A stretch of DNA of 64,000 nt from Desulfobacteraceae bacterium 4572_35.1 (GTDB lineage: Bacteria; Desulfobacterota; Desulfuromonadia; Desulfuromonadales; Desulfuromonadaceae). A program made the position numbers and the translations under genes. The stretch covers positions 3,695-67,694 of the forward strand of contig NBLX01000005.1 in the NCBI GenBank assembly GCA_002084705.1, read 5' to 3'. The notes under the pieces were generated by a model. The model saw only the letters and a program-made list of their open reading frames with translations, ran no database searches and was not told where the DNA came from. Each line of letters opens with the position of its first letter. Position 1 is the stretch's first letter. Below are positions 30,267 through 39,701 of the stretch, in pieces.

Positions 30267-32108
30267 ATGGAAAAAAGGATATCACCTTGGGTGTCGGTTG
30301 CTTTCTTAGCGTTTATTTTACTGTTTTCCGGAGTTCAAGCTGCGCTGGCAAATAATGATACCTGTCTTGAGTGTCATGAAGATGTCGTTGTTGCCAAAGA
30401 TTTTATGGTTTCAGTGCATGGACAGAATGGAATTGAATGTAGCGATTGCCACGCTATTGATAATTTGACGGCTCATGTTGATGCTGGTGTTCTGCCCGCT
30501 ACCGTAGATTGTACTTCCTGCCACGGAGATATCGCGGCTCAGCATGATAATAGTGTGCATAAGTTGAATGAAGTTAGCTGTATAGACTGTCACAATGATA
30601 TTCACACTATGACAGTTGATGATAATAAACAATCCATTGTTGATAATTGTTCAAATTGTCACGAGATGGAAGATTATGCTGGTTCAAGTCATGGCATGGC
30701 CGTCGCTGATGGTAATGAAGATGCCGCGACGTGCGCTGATTGCCATGGTTTGCATGAGATAAAAAGTTTGTCGAGTATTGACGAAAAAGAGGCACGCCAG
30801 TTTCGCTCCGCAGTGTGTATAAAATGCCATGGAGATGAAGAGATGATGAAACGCAATGGAGTTCTTGCCAGCGCGGTTCATACTTACTTGGATAGTTATC
30901 ATGGTAAGAGCTTTCAGCTTGGTTATGCTGAATTGACAGCAACGTGTACCGATTGCCATGGCGGGCATGGAATTTTGCCTCAGAATGATCCAGCCTCAAT
31001 GGTCAATGTTGATAATCGTGCGATGACGTGTGGTAAGTGCCATGAAGGGGCTACTCGTCTGTTCGGTCAGTTCTATGCTCATGGTGATCATTCCGATTTT
31101 ACCAATTATCCGGTGTTGGCGATAACCTTTTGGGCTATGACCACACTGTTGGTGTGTACTTTTTCGGTGTTCTGGCTGCATTCAATTTTGTGGATGATTC
31201 GTGGTATCGCCGACAATAGAGAGAAAAAGGCTGCCTTGGCCGCGGGTAAAGCACATATAGAAATTCCTGATGGCCACCGAGTCTATAAACGTTTTCAGAA
31301 TTATCACATTTTTATGCATCTGCTAGTGATAATAAGTTTCCTGATCTTGGCGCTCACCGGATTGCCGCTGAAGTTTTATAATCAGCATTGGGCACAGGTG
31401 CTGATCGATTTTTATGGTGGTACGGCCAACGCTGCATATGGTCACCGTATCGGTGCCTGTATAACCTTTGTATACTTTGGCATGGCTCTGGTTTTGAGCG
31501 TTAATTTCCTGTTTATTCGTAAGGATATCCCGGGTATGTGGTTGCAGCGCTTGTTTGGTCCCGATTCGCTGATGCCTAATTTGCGTGATATTCAAGATGT
31601 TACCAATATGGTGCGCTGGTTCTTGTGGAAAGGACCGAAACCAACCTTTGAGCGCTGGAACTATTGGGAAAAATTTGATTTTATCGCTGTATTTTGGGGT
31701 ATGTTCGCCATCGGAGGGTCAGGGCTGATGTTGTGGTTCCCTGAGCTCTTTGGCCTGTTTTTGCCGGGCTGGGTGTTTAATGTGGCAACTATTGTCCACT
31801 CGGATGAAGCATTGTTGGCGACTGGTTTTATATTTTCGGTTCACTTTTTCAATACCCACGTGCGACCCGAAAAATTTCCGATGGATTTTGTTATTTTCAA
31901 TGGTGAAATGGACAAGGAAGAGTTTATTGAAGAACGTGGTGACCAGTGGAAGCGTTATGAAGAGATGGGGATTACCGAGAAATTCTTTAAAGAGAAAACA
32001 TCAAGCCCTGTCTATGGCATAATGCTTAAGACCTTTGGTTTTATAGCGGTAGCGATAGGGGTGACACTGTTTATTTTGATGGTGCTGTCAGTGTTAGGTG
32101 GTCATTAA
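30267..32108 (+). CDS. cbcL: CbcL-like inner-membrane quinol oxidoreductase: nine-heme cytochrome c fused to cytochrome b
   Basis: Nine CxxCH motifs, then a TM cytochrome b domain with conserved His and WNYWEKFDF. Confidence 0.85.
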   Translation: MEKRISPWVSVAFLAFILLFSGVQAALANNDTCLECHEDVVVAKDFMVSVHGQNGIECSDCHAIDNLTAHVDAGVLPATVDCTSCHGDIAAQHDNSVHKLNEVSCIDCHNDIHTMTVDDNKQSIVDNCSNCHEMEDYAGSSHGMAVADGNEDAATCADCHGLHEIKSLSSIDEKEARQFRSAVCIKCHGDEEMMKRNGVLASAVHTYLDSYHGKSFQLGYAELTATCTDCHGGHGILPQNDPASMVNVDNRAMTCGKCHEGATRLFGQFYAHGDHSDFTNYPVLAITFWAMTTLLVCTFSVFWLHSILWMIRGIADNREKKAALAAGKAHIEIPDGHRVYKRFQNYHIFMHLLVIISFLILALTGLPLKFYNQHWAQVLIDFYGGTANAAYGHRIGACITFVYFGMALVLSVNFLFIRKDIPGMWLQRLFGPDSLMPNLRDIQDVTNMVRWFLWKGPKPTFERWNYWEKFDFIAVFWGMFAIGGSGLMLWFPELFGLFLPGWVFNVATIVHSDEALLATGFIFSVHFFNTHVRPEKFPMDFVIFNGEMDKEEFIEERGDQWKRYEEMGITEKFFKEKTSSPVYGIMLKTFGFIAVAIGVTLFILMVLSVLGGH

Positions 32109-32133
32109 TCACAATTAAATTTATATGTGTTAT

Positions 32134-32169
32134 AAGGGGGGGAGTTGCCGACGCAGCTCCCCCTTTTTT
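32134..32169 (+). terminator. Intrinsic terminator after cbcL
   Basis: AAGGGGGGGAG...CTCCCCCTTTTTT. Confidence 0.7.
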
Positions 32170-32190
32170 GGTCGATATCTGGAGATCATT

Positions 32191-32406
32191 GTGAAAAATT
32201 TTTCTGTTTCGATTGCTGTCTTGGCTCTTATTCTTAACATATTTGGCGGTATGTCGGCATTAGGTGGAGTGTATCTTATTGCCCTTAAATCCGGTGTCGA
32301 TTTTTTTGGCTGGGGAGATGCCCGTAGTGTAGGTTATCTGTTATTTTGCGTTGGTTTGTGCCTTGTTTGTGCTGGAATTGTTTTGGCAAAATATTCGCGT
32401 AAATGA
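32191..32406 (+). CDS. Small two-TM membrane protein upstream of the sensor kinase
   Basis: GTG start after GGAG; two hydrophobic helices; 71 aa. Confidence 0.6.
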   Translation: MKNFSVSIAVLALILNIFGGMSALGGVYLIALKSGVDFFGWGDARSVGYLLFCVGLCLVCAGIVLAKYSRK

Positions 32407-32421
32407 TTATTTGAGGTTGCC

Positions 32422-34008
32422 ATGATATCATCTCGACATTCCCTTTTAGTAAAGTTCATGACCGTGCTAGGTGGTGTATTGCTGGTTACCATGTTGATCT
32501 CTGTTGTGGTAAATGTCCGTTTCCAGCGTAAGACTACTGAAGAAAATTCGTTGCATGCTGCAGATTATTTCAGCGAAACAATTCTGCGTTCAACTCACTA
32601 TCAAATGTTGTCTGGTGATTGGAAAATGCTGTACCAGATGATTGATGAAGTTGGAGCAATGCCAGGTATTCGGCGCATCCGCCTGTTTAATAAAGATGGG
32701 GTGATCAACTTTTCTACAGATAAGCAGGAAGTCGGTGAAGTGCTGCAACTGAAGTCTGAGGGTTGCAGTGTGTGCCATATCGAAGATAGCACTCCTCTTG
32801 TTGACGTATCAACAACAGCCCGTGGTAGAACTTTTTATGATGAAAATGGAGAGATGTTTCTTGGCGTGACTAAGGCCATTTATAATGATCCGAGTTGTTA
32901 CAACGCTGACTGTCATTATCACAGTCCCGACCGGGAAATGAATGGTATCCTTGATGTGCAGATATCTTTGAAGGACAGGATGGCGCAGGTGGATGCTTTT
33001 CGTAACTCCTTTATCATTCTTACCTGTATTTTGTTGGTTTTACTTCTTTTTGCTTTGCTGATGCTTACCAAGCGCCTTATTATTGCGCCAGTCGAGGTGT
33101 TGTTGGCACATCAACAACGTATCTCCGCCGGTGATTTAACCAGTTGTATAGAGAATGCACCACGCAATGAATTGGGAGAATTAGCCCGCGGAGCAAATGA
33201 GATGACTAAAAGTTTGCAGGCGTCTCAAGAGGAAATTCGTGAATGGGCACATACTCTTGAGGCAAAAGTTGAGACGCGAACCGCGCAAATCAAAACAATG
33301 CAGAGCAATCTTGCCCGCTCGGAACGTTTGGCATCGTTGGGTGAGTTGGTTGCCGGCATTGCTCACGAAATAAACAACCCCTTGACGGGTATCTTAATGT
33401 TTTCCACTATGGCCAGTGAGACTCCGGGTATTGATGAGCAATTGAAAAATGATTTGCTTACCATTACCCATGAAACCGAACGTTGTGCCGGTATAGTGAA
33501 GGGACTGCTGGATTTTGGTCGTGAATCGATCCCACAAAAAGCATTTACTACCCTGAATTCGATTTTAGATAAAACATTAGCGTTGATAGAAAATCAGATC
33601 TTGTTCCAAAATATAAAAGTAGTGCGCGATTATGATATCAATATGCCAGAAATAGAGGTTGATCCGAATCAGCTGGAGCAGGTGTTTATGAATATATTTA
33701 TAAACGCAGCTCAGGCCATGCCTGGTGGTGGAGAATTGATAATTAAAAGTGTGGAGGATGACGATTGGGTCAAAGCTATTGTTTCGGATAGTGGTTGTGG
33801 AATCCCCAGTGAAAATCTTACCAGAATTTTTGATCCGTTTTTCTCAACCAAACAACAGAAGGGGACTGGCTTAGGGCTGTCTGTCTCATATGGAATTGTC
33901 GAAAATCATGGTGGAGATATCCTGGTTGATAGTAGTCCAGAGTCTGGAACGACTTTTACCATTCGGATCCCCCGAGCGGGAAATCAAGATGAAGCTTCCG
34001 AAGCATGA
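32422..34008 (+). CDS. NtrB-type sensor histidine kinase with periplasmic heme-c motifs
   Basis: CSVCH and CYNADCH in the periplasmic domain; HAMP; AGIAHEINNPL; GTGLGL. Confidence 0.9.
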   Translation: MISSRHSLLVKFMTVLGGVLLVTMLISVVVNVRFQRKTTEENSLHAADYFSETILRSTHYQMLSGDWKMLYQMIDEVGAMPGIRRIRLFNKDGVINFSTDKQEVGEVLQLKSEGCSVCHIEDSTPLVDVSTTARGRTFYDENGEMFLGVTKAIYNDPSCYNADCHYHSPDREMNGILDVQISLKDRMAQVDAFRNSFIILTCILLVLLLFALLMLTKRLIIAPVEVLLAHQQRISAGDLTSCIENAPRNELGELARGANEMTKSLQASQEEIREWAHTLEAKVETRTAQIKTMQSNLARSERLASLGELVAGIAHEINNPLTGILMFSTMASETPGIDEQLKNDLLTITHETERCAGIVKGLLDFGRESIPQKAFTTLNSILDKTLALIENQILFQNIKVVRDYDINMPEIEVDPNQLEQVFMNIFINAAQAMPGGGELIIKSVEDDDWVKAIVSDSGCGIPSENLTRIFDPFFSTKQQKGTGLGLSVSYGIVENHGGDILVDSSPESGTTFTIRIPRAGNQDEASEA

Positions 34009-34082
34009 TAATAGCAGAAGAATAGGATCTAGGCAGAAAATTGCTCCACTGCCTCTGTGGTAAGGGGAGATTTGGAGCGGCT

Positions 34083-35498
34083 TTAATCTGTCTTGCGATC
34101 ACGAGCCGAAACATTGAGTTTTTTCATTAATGCCTGAAAATTTGGACGCAACATGCCAACGTCAGCTGCTGCGCGGGTGATGTTCCAGTCGTTACGTTTG
34201 AGGGCTTCAATGACAAAACTTTTCTCGATGGGGATCACAGCTTCTTCCCGAAGGCGTCGTTTTATCTCTTTTAGCTCTTCTGTTGTCGATGGTATGTGGC
34301 ACTCCTCTTCGCATTGTGTACTAATATTTTCATCTCCAAGTCCAAGGTCGGCTGGTTGAATTACGTCGCTGGATGCCAGCACAACTGCACGTTCAATCAT
34401 GTGCTCCAGCTCACGGACATTGCCGGGGAAGTCATATTCTTCCAATAGGTTCATAACTGCCGGACTTATCCCTTTAATATTTTTATTGATCTCATCGGCA
34501 AATTTACGTAAAAAATAGCCGGTTAATAGGGGCAAATCTCCGATTCTTTCACGCAAGGGTGGCATGTCGATGGGGATAGTGTTGAGGCGAAAGTATAGGT
34601 CTTCCCTGAAATTACCTTCGTTGGACATGTCACGCAAATTTTTGTTGGTTGCCGAGATTAATCTAATGTCGATAGGTTGAGGTTTTGTCCCGCCTAAGGG
34701 GGTGACAACACGTTCCTGAATTACCCTGAGTAGTTTTGCTTGTGAACTCAAACTGATGTTGGAAATTTCATCAAGGAATAAAGTTCCCCCGTTGGCAACC
34801 TTGAACAAACCAATCTTGGTGTGGGTAGCGCCGGTGAAGGAGCCTTTTTCGTGACCAAAAAGCTCGCTTTCAAGTAGACTCTCCGCTAGTGCTGTGCAGT
34901 CTATGGCAACAAATGGTTTATCTTTACGGGCACTGTTCTCATGGATGGCGCGTGCCACAAGTTCTTTACCTGTGCCGCTTTCGCCGGTGATGAGCACAGT
35001 GCTGTCGGTTGGAGCTACTTGTAGGATACGGGTGTATATTTTTTGCATCGCCGGACTATCGCCAATGAATCGGTTTAACCCTGGATGATTTTTAATGCTG
35101 TCATTGCTTAGATGTTTGTCATCATTGATGCGTTGTTGCTGTATTGCTCTATCGACGATCTCTTTGACTTGAGCTGGGTTGAAAGGCTTGGCCAGGTAGT
35201 CGAATGCGCCGTTTTTAATCGCATCTACGGCAGTTTCAACCGTAGCGTATCCTGTGATGATGATAACAGGTATGTCAGGCTGTAAAATTTTTATCGATTT
35301 TAGTACGTCCATACCGCTCATGCCGGGCATTTTCAAGTCGCTGATTACTAGGTTGAAGCTTTCACTTTGTATGAGTTCGAGGGCGGAATGACCACTGCTG
35401 GCGGTATTAACTTTGTAACCTTCATGCTCAAGAATTCGTTGAACTGCTTGGCGGATGACGGCTTCGTCATCAACTACTAAGATGCGTTTCTCGGACAT
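34083..35498 (-). CDS. sigma54-dependent response regulator (NtrC family; BccR-like by context)
   Basis: Receiver domain, GESGTGKE, GSFTGA, Fis-type HTH; divergent from the cbcA-like gene. Confidence 0.92.
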   Translation of the reverse strand: MSEKRILVVDDEAVIRQAVQRILEHEGYKVNTASSGHSALELIQSESFNLVISDLKMPGMSGMDVLKSIKILQPDIPVIIITGYATVETAVDAIKNGAFDYLAKPFNPAQVKEIVDRAIQQQRINDDKHLSNDSIKNHPGLNRFIGDSPAMQKIYTRILQVAPTDSTVLITGESGTGKELVARAIHENSARKDKPFVAIDCTALAESLLESELFGHEKGSFTGATHTKIGLFKVANGGTLFLDEISNISLSSQAKLLRVIQERVVTPLGGTKPQPIDIRLISATNKNLRDMSNEGNFREDLYFRLNTIPIDMPPLRERIGDLPLLTGYFLRKFADEINKNIKGISPAVMNLLEEYDFPGNVRELEHMIERAVVLASSDVIQPADLGLGDENISTQCEEECHIPSTTEELKEIKRRLREEAVIPIEKSFVIEALKRNDWNITRAAADVGMLRPNFQALMKKLNVSARDRKTD

Positions 35499-35698
35499 GT
35501 TAAATATATTCCTCCTGCCAGTCGGGCTGCCGGTTTTTTACACTAGACGTTGTCTGATGTTGGTAACAGTGATTTTTTAGCCCGATTTTGCTGTTATTGT
35601 CAATATGGGTCAATATGCATGAAGTGGTTTATATGCCGAAAAAATTAGGCAACCACTGATTAAAATGTCGAGAGCATAATACACTGATTGTTGCTGAC

Positions 35699-35796
35699 TG
35701 CATAGTTATTCTATACAGCCTTGATTGGGTGTTGGTGTCCGTTGTAAATAGTGGAGGGGTTAAGTTTGAGAAATTGTCGTATGTAAATTGTATACA
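35699..35796. promoter_or_regulatory. Pair of 19-bp palindromic operators upstream of the cbcA-like gene
   Basis: TGCATA-N7-TATACA (35699-35717) and CGTATG-N7-TATACA (35778-35796). Confidence 0.6.
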
Positions 35797-35956
35797 GTTG
35801 TGGTTTTTTTTTGATTCATGTAGTGTGCTAATGTTGATCCGATGTGGATATTGTGGGGTTTGAGGTAGGTAGAAGATGCCGATCTGGGCTACTGGATCAC
35901 AGCCTTCAATTTTATGTAATTGGTTTTTACGTTAGGAAAAGGAGCTTCGTTACACC

Positions 35957-36997
35957 ATGAAAACAAACTTTTTATTTTTGCTTGCCCTAGTGGCTTGCCT
36001 GCTTTTTGCTGGCAGTCCGGTAGTGGCAATGGAAACCGATGATTGTCTTGCGTGCCACACCTGTGCAGATGATGTTGGTGAAGACAATGTTGTTGATGCG
36101 GGAGTGTTCTCCAAAACGCAACATGCTGAAGAGGGTTGCGCCGGCTGCCACGAAGTTAGTGACGAGCACCCTGATTCAGATCAATCCCCGACAATGGCGG
36201 CTACTTGCGCTGATTGTCACGATGAACTAGCGTCTACTTATACTGCAAGTGTGCATGGTGATAACGCAACTTGCACCGAGTGTCACAACCCTCACGCAGC
36301 GTTTCCACCGGTTAGCCTGTCTGGTGTACAGATGAACAAGCCGTGTCAACAATGTCATGAATCTGCAGAGATTGAAGCTACCCATGCGCGGTGGTTGCCT
36401 GAAGCGGAAGTGCATATCAGTTCAGTAGCGTGTGTGACCTGCCATAGTTCTTCGGATAAATTTGTTATCACCCTTTACCCCACTCATCGTAAAGACAATC
36501 GTGCCTATGCGCCTTATGAGCTGATGACCTTTACGGAGATGCAACAAACAGCTGGAACAGAAAACGGTGCTAGCTTGATTGATACAGATAGCAATGGTGA
36601 AATCTCCCTTGATGAATTGTCAGCATTCTATGCTAACAGCGCTAAATCTGGTTTGCGTTTGTGGGCTATGATGACCCCGGAAAATGTTGATCATGATTTT
36701 AGAACGATGGATGATCGTTGGGACTGTACTTACTGCCACGCAGCTGGTCCTGAGGCTATGGACAGCAGCTATGTTGCCTTCCCTCAAGCTGATGGTACCT
36801 ATAAGCGTCTGCCGATGGAAAAGGGCGCTACTTTGAACGCTCTATTTGGTACCCCAGATTTTTATATGGTGGGAGCAACACGCAGTAAGACGTTAAATAT
36901 TATCGGTCTATTGATTTTGCTTGGTGGCTTGGCAATGCCTATTGGTCATGGTAGCATCCGCTTCTTGACCCGTAAAAATAGAAGGAAGGAACATTAA
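35957..36997 (+). CDS. cbcA: CbcA-like seven-heme cytochrome c with EF-hand-like loop and C-terminal TM anchor
   Basis: Seven CxxCH motifs; DTDSNGEISLDEL; signal peptide. Confidence 0.8.
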   Translation: MKTNFLFLLALVACLLFAGSPVVAMETDDCLACHTCADDVGEDNVVDAGVFSKTQHAEEGCAGCHEVSDEHPDSDQSPTMAATCADCHDELASTYTASVHGDNATCTECHNPHAAFPPVSLSGVQMNKPCQQCHESAEIEATHARWLPEAEVHISSVACVTCHSSSDKFVITLYPTHRKDNRAYAPYELMTFTEMQQTAGTENGASLIDTDSNGEISLDELSAFYANSAKSGLRLWAMMTPENVDHDFRTMDDRWDCTYCHAAGPEAMDSSYVAFPQADGTYKRLPMEKGATLNALFGTPDFYMVGATRSKTLNIIGLLILLGGLAMPIGHGSIRFLTRKNRRKEH

Positions 36998-36998
36998 A

Positions 36999-37637
36999 AT
37001 GGAAGTACAAGAGAGAATATATCTGACACCAACCCCCGTGCGTATCTGGCATTGGTTGAATGCCCTGGGGATCGTTACTCTGTGTGTTACTGGAGCGCAG
37101 ATTCGTTTTCCGGATGTTATCAATATCTTTGGTACTTATAAAGCAGCGGTGAGTTTACACCATGCAGCTGGTATCGTAGTTACCTTATCATTTGTGCTGT
37201 GGTTGTTCTATTATGCGGTAATTGCCAAGCAGTTGGCTAAGCTGTATGTCCCTAACGCTGAGGACATTAAAGGCGGAATTATAAAGCAGGCGTTGTATTA
37301 TTTCTTTTACTACTTTACCGGTACTAAGGAGAATCCACATCACGAGTCTCCGACCAACAAATTCAATCCCATGCAAAAGGGTGCGTATGTGGCTATTATG
37401 ATGGTGATGGTTCCGGTGATTATTGTTACTGGTCTTGTTTTGTTGAATCTGGAACCACTACGTGAACTAGTTATTCTGTTTGGTGGGGTACGGTTTGTGG
37501 TTGGTGTTCACTTTTTGGTTGCTTGTATCCTTGGCGCCTTTATCCCAACCCACTTTTATTTAGCAACACTAGGTCATACCCCTTTTGCTCACTTCAAGCC
37601 AATGTGGACGGGTTGGGAAGAGCATTCTGACCATTAG
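36999..37637 (+). CDS. cbcB: CbcB-like di-heme cytochrome b
   Basis: RIWHWLN, KFNPMQK, four TM helices with His ligands; 1 nt after cbcA. Confidence 0.82.
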   Translation: MEVQERIYLTPTPVRIWHWLNALGIVTLCVTGAQIRFPDVINIFGTYKAAVSLHHAAGIVVTLSFVLWLFYYAVIAKQLAKLYVPNAEDIKGGIIKQALYYFFYYFTGTKENPHHESPTNKFNPMQKGAYVAIMMVMVPVIIVTGLVLLNLEPLRELVILFGGVRFVVGVHFLVACILGAFIPTHFYLATLGHTPFAHFKPMWTGWEEHSDH

Positions 37638-37664
37638 ACATCTATACATTTAAGTTGTTCATTG

Positions 37665-37697
37665 CAGCGAAGCGACTAGTCGCTTCGCTGTTTTTTT
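37665..37697 (+). terminator. Intrinsic terminator after cbcB
   Basis: CAGCGAAGCGACTAGTCGCTTCGCTG plus T-run. Confidence 0.75.
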
Positions 37698-37709
37698 AGG
37701 AGCTAAACC

Positions 37710-38504
37710 ATGTCAAAGCGGATATCAACGCGGACGATTGTTCCTGTCGCTGTAGTAATGGCTGCCTTTGTTACCTTGTGTTTTATTTTATTATATTCGT
37801 ATGTGCGTACATTAATACAGGATAATAATATTGAGCGAGTAGCGTATGTGGCGAAAACTGTTGTTAGTTCGTTAAGTTACGAGATGCTTAACAATGATCA
37901 CGCGGCAGTTGAATATTCTATAGCAAATATGGGCAGTAATCCTGGGGTTGTCCACCTTCGTGTCTTTGACAAAAAAGGGGTGATCCGTTTTTCTAAAAAT
38001 AAGGCTGAGGTGGGTAAGTTAGTAGACCTGAAAGCTGAGAGTTGTAATATTTGCCATAATAACCAAGATGTAGTATATGCCGGTGAGGGCAACGAGCGGG
38101 TACGCTTTTTTCAGAGCGCAGATAAAACCAAAGTGCTTGGCTTGTCGTATCCAGTACCGCGTCAAGATGGTTGTGCGACAAATTCATGTCATGATGGGCA
38201 GCAGCAACGAGAACTGCTTGGAGTCGTTGATGTGGGGATGTCTCAGCAACAGTTTCAAAAAGATATGGCTGGTGTTGCTAAGGTTTTGGTTGGTTTCTGG
38301 TTTATGGTAGTTTTGCTTGCAGTGGGGATTGTTGCCGCTATTTTGCAAAAAAATGTTCTCGTTCCCATTGATCGATTGTATCGCTATGCTAAACAACTGC
38401 GTCGTGGTATTTTTGTGGAACCGGACCTTGAAGACAATTATGAGTTGAAATATATTGCCGAAACCATAAAAGAGTTTGCCGATAAGGATGAATCGAAAAG
38501 GTAG
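37710..38504 (+). CDS. Membrane-anchored heme-c sensor-like domain with degenerate HAMP and no kinase
   Basis: TM, CNICH, CATNSCH, TM; resembles the sensor domain of 32422-34008. Confidence 0.7.
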   Translation: MSKRISTRTIVPVAVVMAAFVTLCFILLYSYVRTLIQDNNIERVAYVAKTVVSSLSYEMLNNDHAAVEYSIANMGSNPGVVHLRVFDKKGVIRFSKNKAEVGKLVDLKAESCNICHNNQDVVYAGEGNERVRFFQSADKTKVLGLSYPVPRQDGCATNSCHDGQQQRELLGVVDVGMSQQQFQKDMAGVAKVLVGFWFMVVLLAVGIVAAILQKNVLVPIDRLYRYAKQLRRGIFVEPDLEDNYELKYIAETIKEFADKDESKR

Positions 38505-38562
38505 TATTTGCAAATAAACAAGAAATTAATAGTGTAGCCCCAATTATTGATGGAGACAATTT

Positions 38563-39126
38563 ATGCCGTTAGGGCGTAAGTCAAAAACTGATCGAGATCA
38601 GGTCAATGCGCATAATTCTCAGCAACGTTTAGCAAGAATTCAAACGCATATTGATAGTCTTCATGCCTTGTCGCGCCAGGGCTTGTGGGGGTTGCTGACT
38701 TTTGTGCTGATTAGTGTAGTTGTGGTTTATTTTCAAGATATTAATCTGCTGGCAAATGTGTCTCAGCAAACGCGGGAATTTTTAGGTAAGCCGCCTTCGG
38801 CTAAATTAATCAATATAGCTTTAGCGGTATACAGCTTCTCGGCGCTTATCTTAACGTTGTCGCGGTTAGCTGATAGTACCGAATCATATCGTGGATGGGC
38901 TCATGTCGGTTACTTGACTGGGTTTTATATGTTTTATTTTCTGGCTAACGCGGTGCGGGTTAATTCCATGGCGGTTTTGGTTTCCGGGATAACTATCCTG
39001 GGTTTGGAATACTATAGTGTGCATAGCTTTACTGCTGCTTCTATTCGACGCGAACGTACCATTATGAAAAAACTGTCTGGCTTGCCCCTCGAAGATGCCG
39101 ATGGTGGAACCGATGATTGCCGTTAA
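38563..39126 (+). CDS. Hypothetical four-TM membrane protein (possible accessory subunit of the Cbc complex)
   Basis: Hydrophobic segments, RBS GGAG, position in the cbc cluster. Confidence 0.6.
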   Translation: MPLGRKSKTDRDQVNAHNSQQRLARIQTHIDSLHALSRQGLWGLLTFVLISVVVVYFQDINLLANVSQQTREFLGKPPSAKLINIALAVYSFSALILTLSRLADSTESYRGWAHVGYLTGFYMFYFLANAVRVNSMAVLVSGITILGLEYYSVHSFTAASIRRERTIMKKLSGLPLEDADGGTDDCR

Positions 39127-39138
39127 GTGGTTAAGTGA

Positions 39139-39423
39139 TCATAACGATAATTTACAATGGCGGCAGCGTTTACCCCACGAAGTACTGACCCCCCGCATGT
39201 GAAATAGATTGCCGCACTGCGGACAGCGGCTTAAGCTAACACGTGCTCCAGCTATTGCCGCTGCAATAATCCACACTATGGCAACAGTTGCTGGACCAGT
39301 ATTGTCTGATGAGAATCTTAACACAATGCCGATTGCAGGCAGGTAACTGATAAATACGCACCATAGAGCTAACCGTTTCCTCTTGATCTCTTTTAAGCTT
39401 TCTTCAAGGTTTGTGTTTGTCAT
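39139..39423 (-). CDS. Small two-TM protein with C-terminal CxxC...CxxC
   Basis: CPQC and CRHC; RBS GAGG. Confidence 0.6.
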   Translation of the reverse strand: MTNTNLEESLKEIKRKRLALWCVFISYLPAIGIVLRFSSDNTGPATVAIVWIIAAAIAGARVSLSRCPQCGNLFHMRGVSTSWGKRCRHCKLSL

Positions 39424-39701
39424 AGCGTACCTCTCTACTGTTGCAATGGTGTTTATCGAAATCGTTTTATTGTACTTGTTTATATCGATTATAACAAAGA
39501 TTTAGCTGAGGTTGTGCGATAAGAAAATACAGTTTTGGTAGAAAATAGCAGTGCTGCTCAGTCGGTTGCTTACAGTGGCTCGAGTGTGCTGGTGTGCTTT
39601 TGTTGCTTAGTCTGATTGTGGCTATATTTGCAAAAACAGATGGAGAGAAATACACACAAACCGATCGTAAATAAACCGTGTTTATGCTGAATCATGACCT
39701 A

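Noticed and set aside
35892-35910. Possible sigma54 promoter CTGGATCACAGCCTTCA upstream of cbcA
   Set aside because: Deviates at both the -24 (no GGCAC) and -12 (TC) elements; too weak to call
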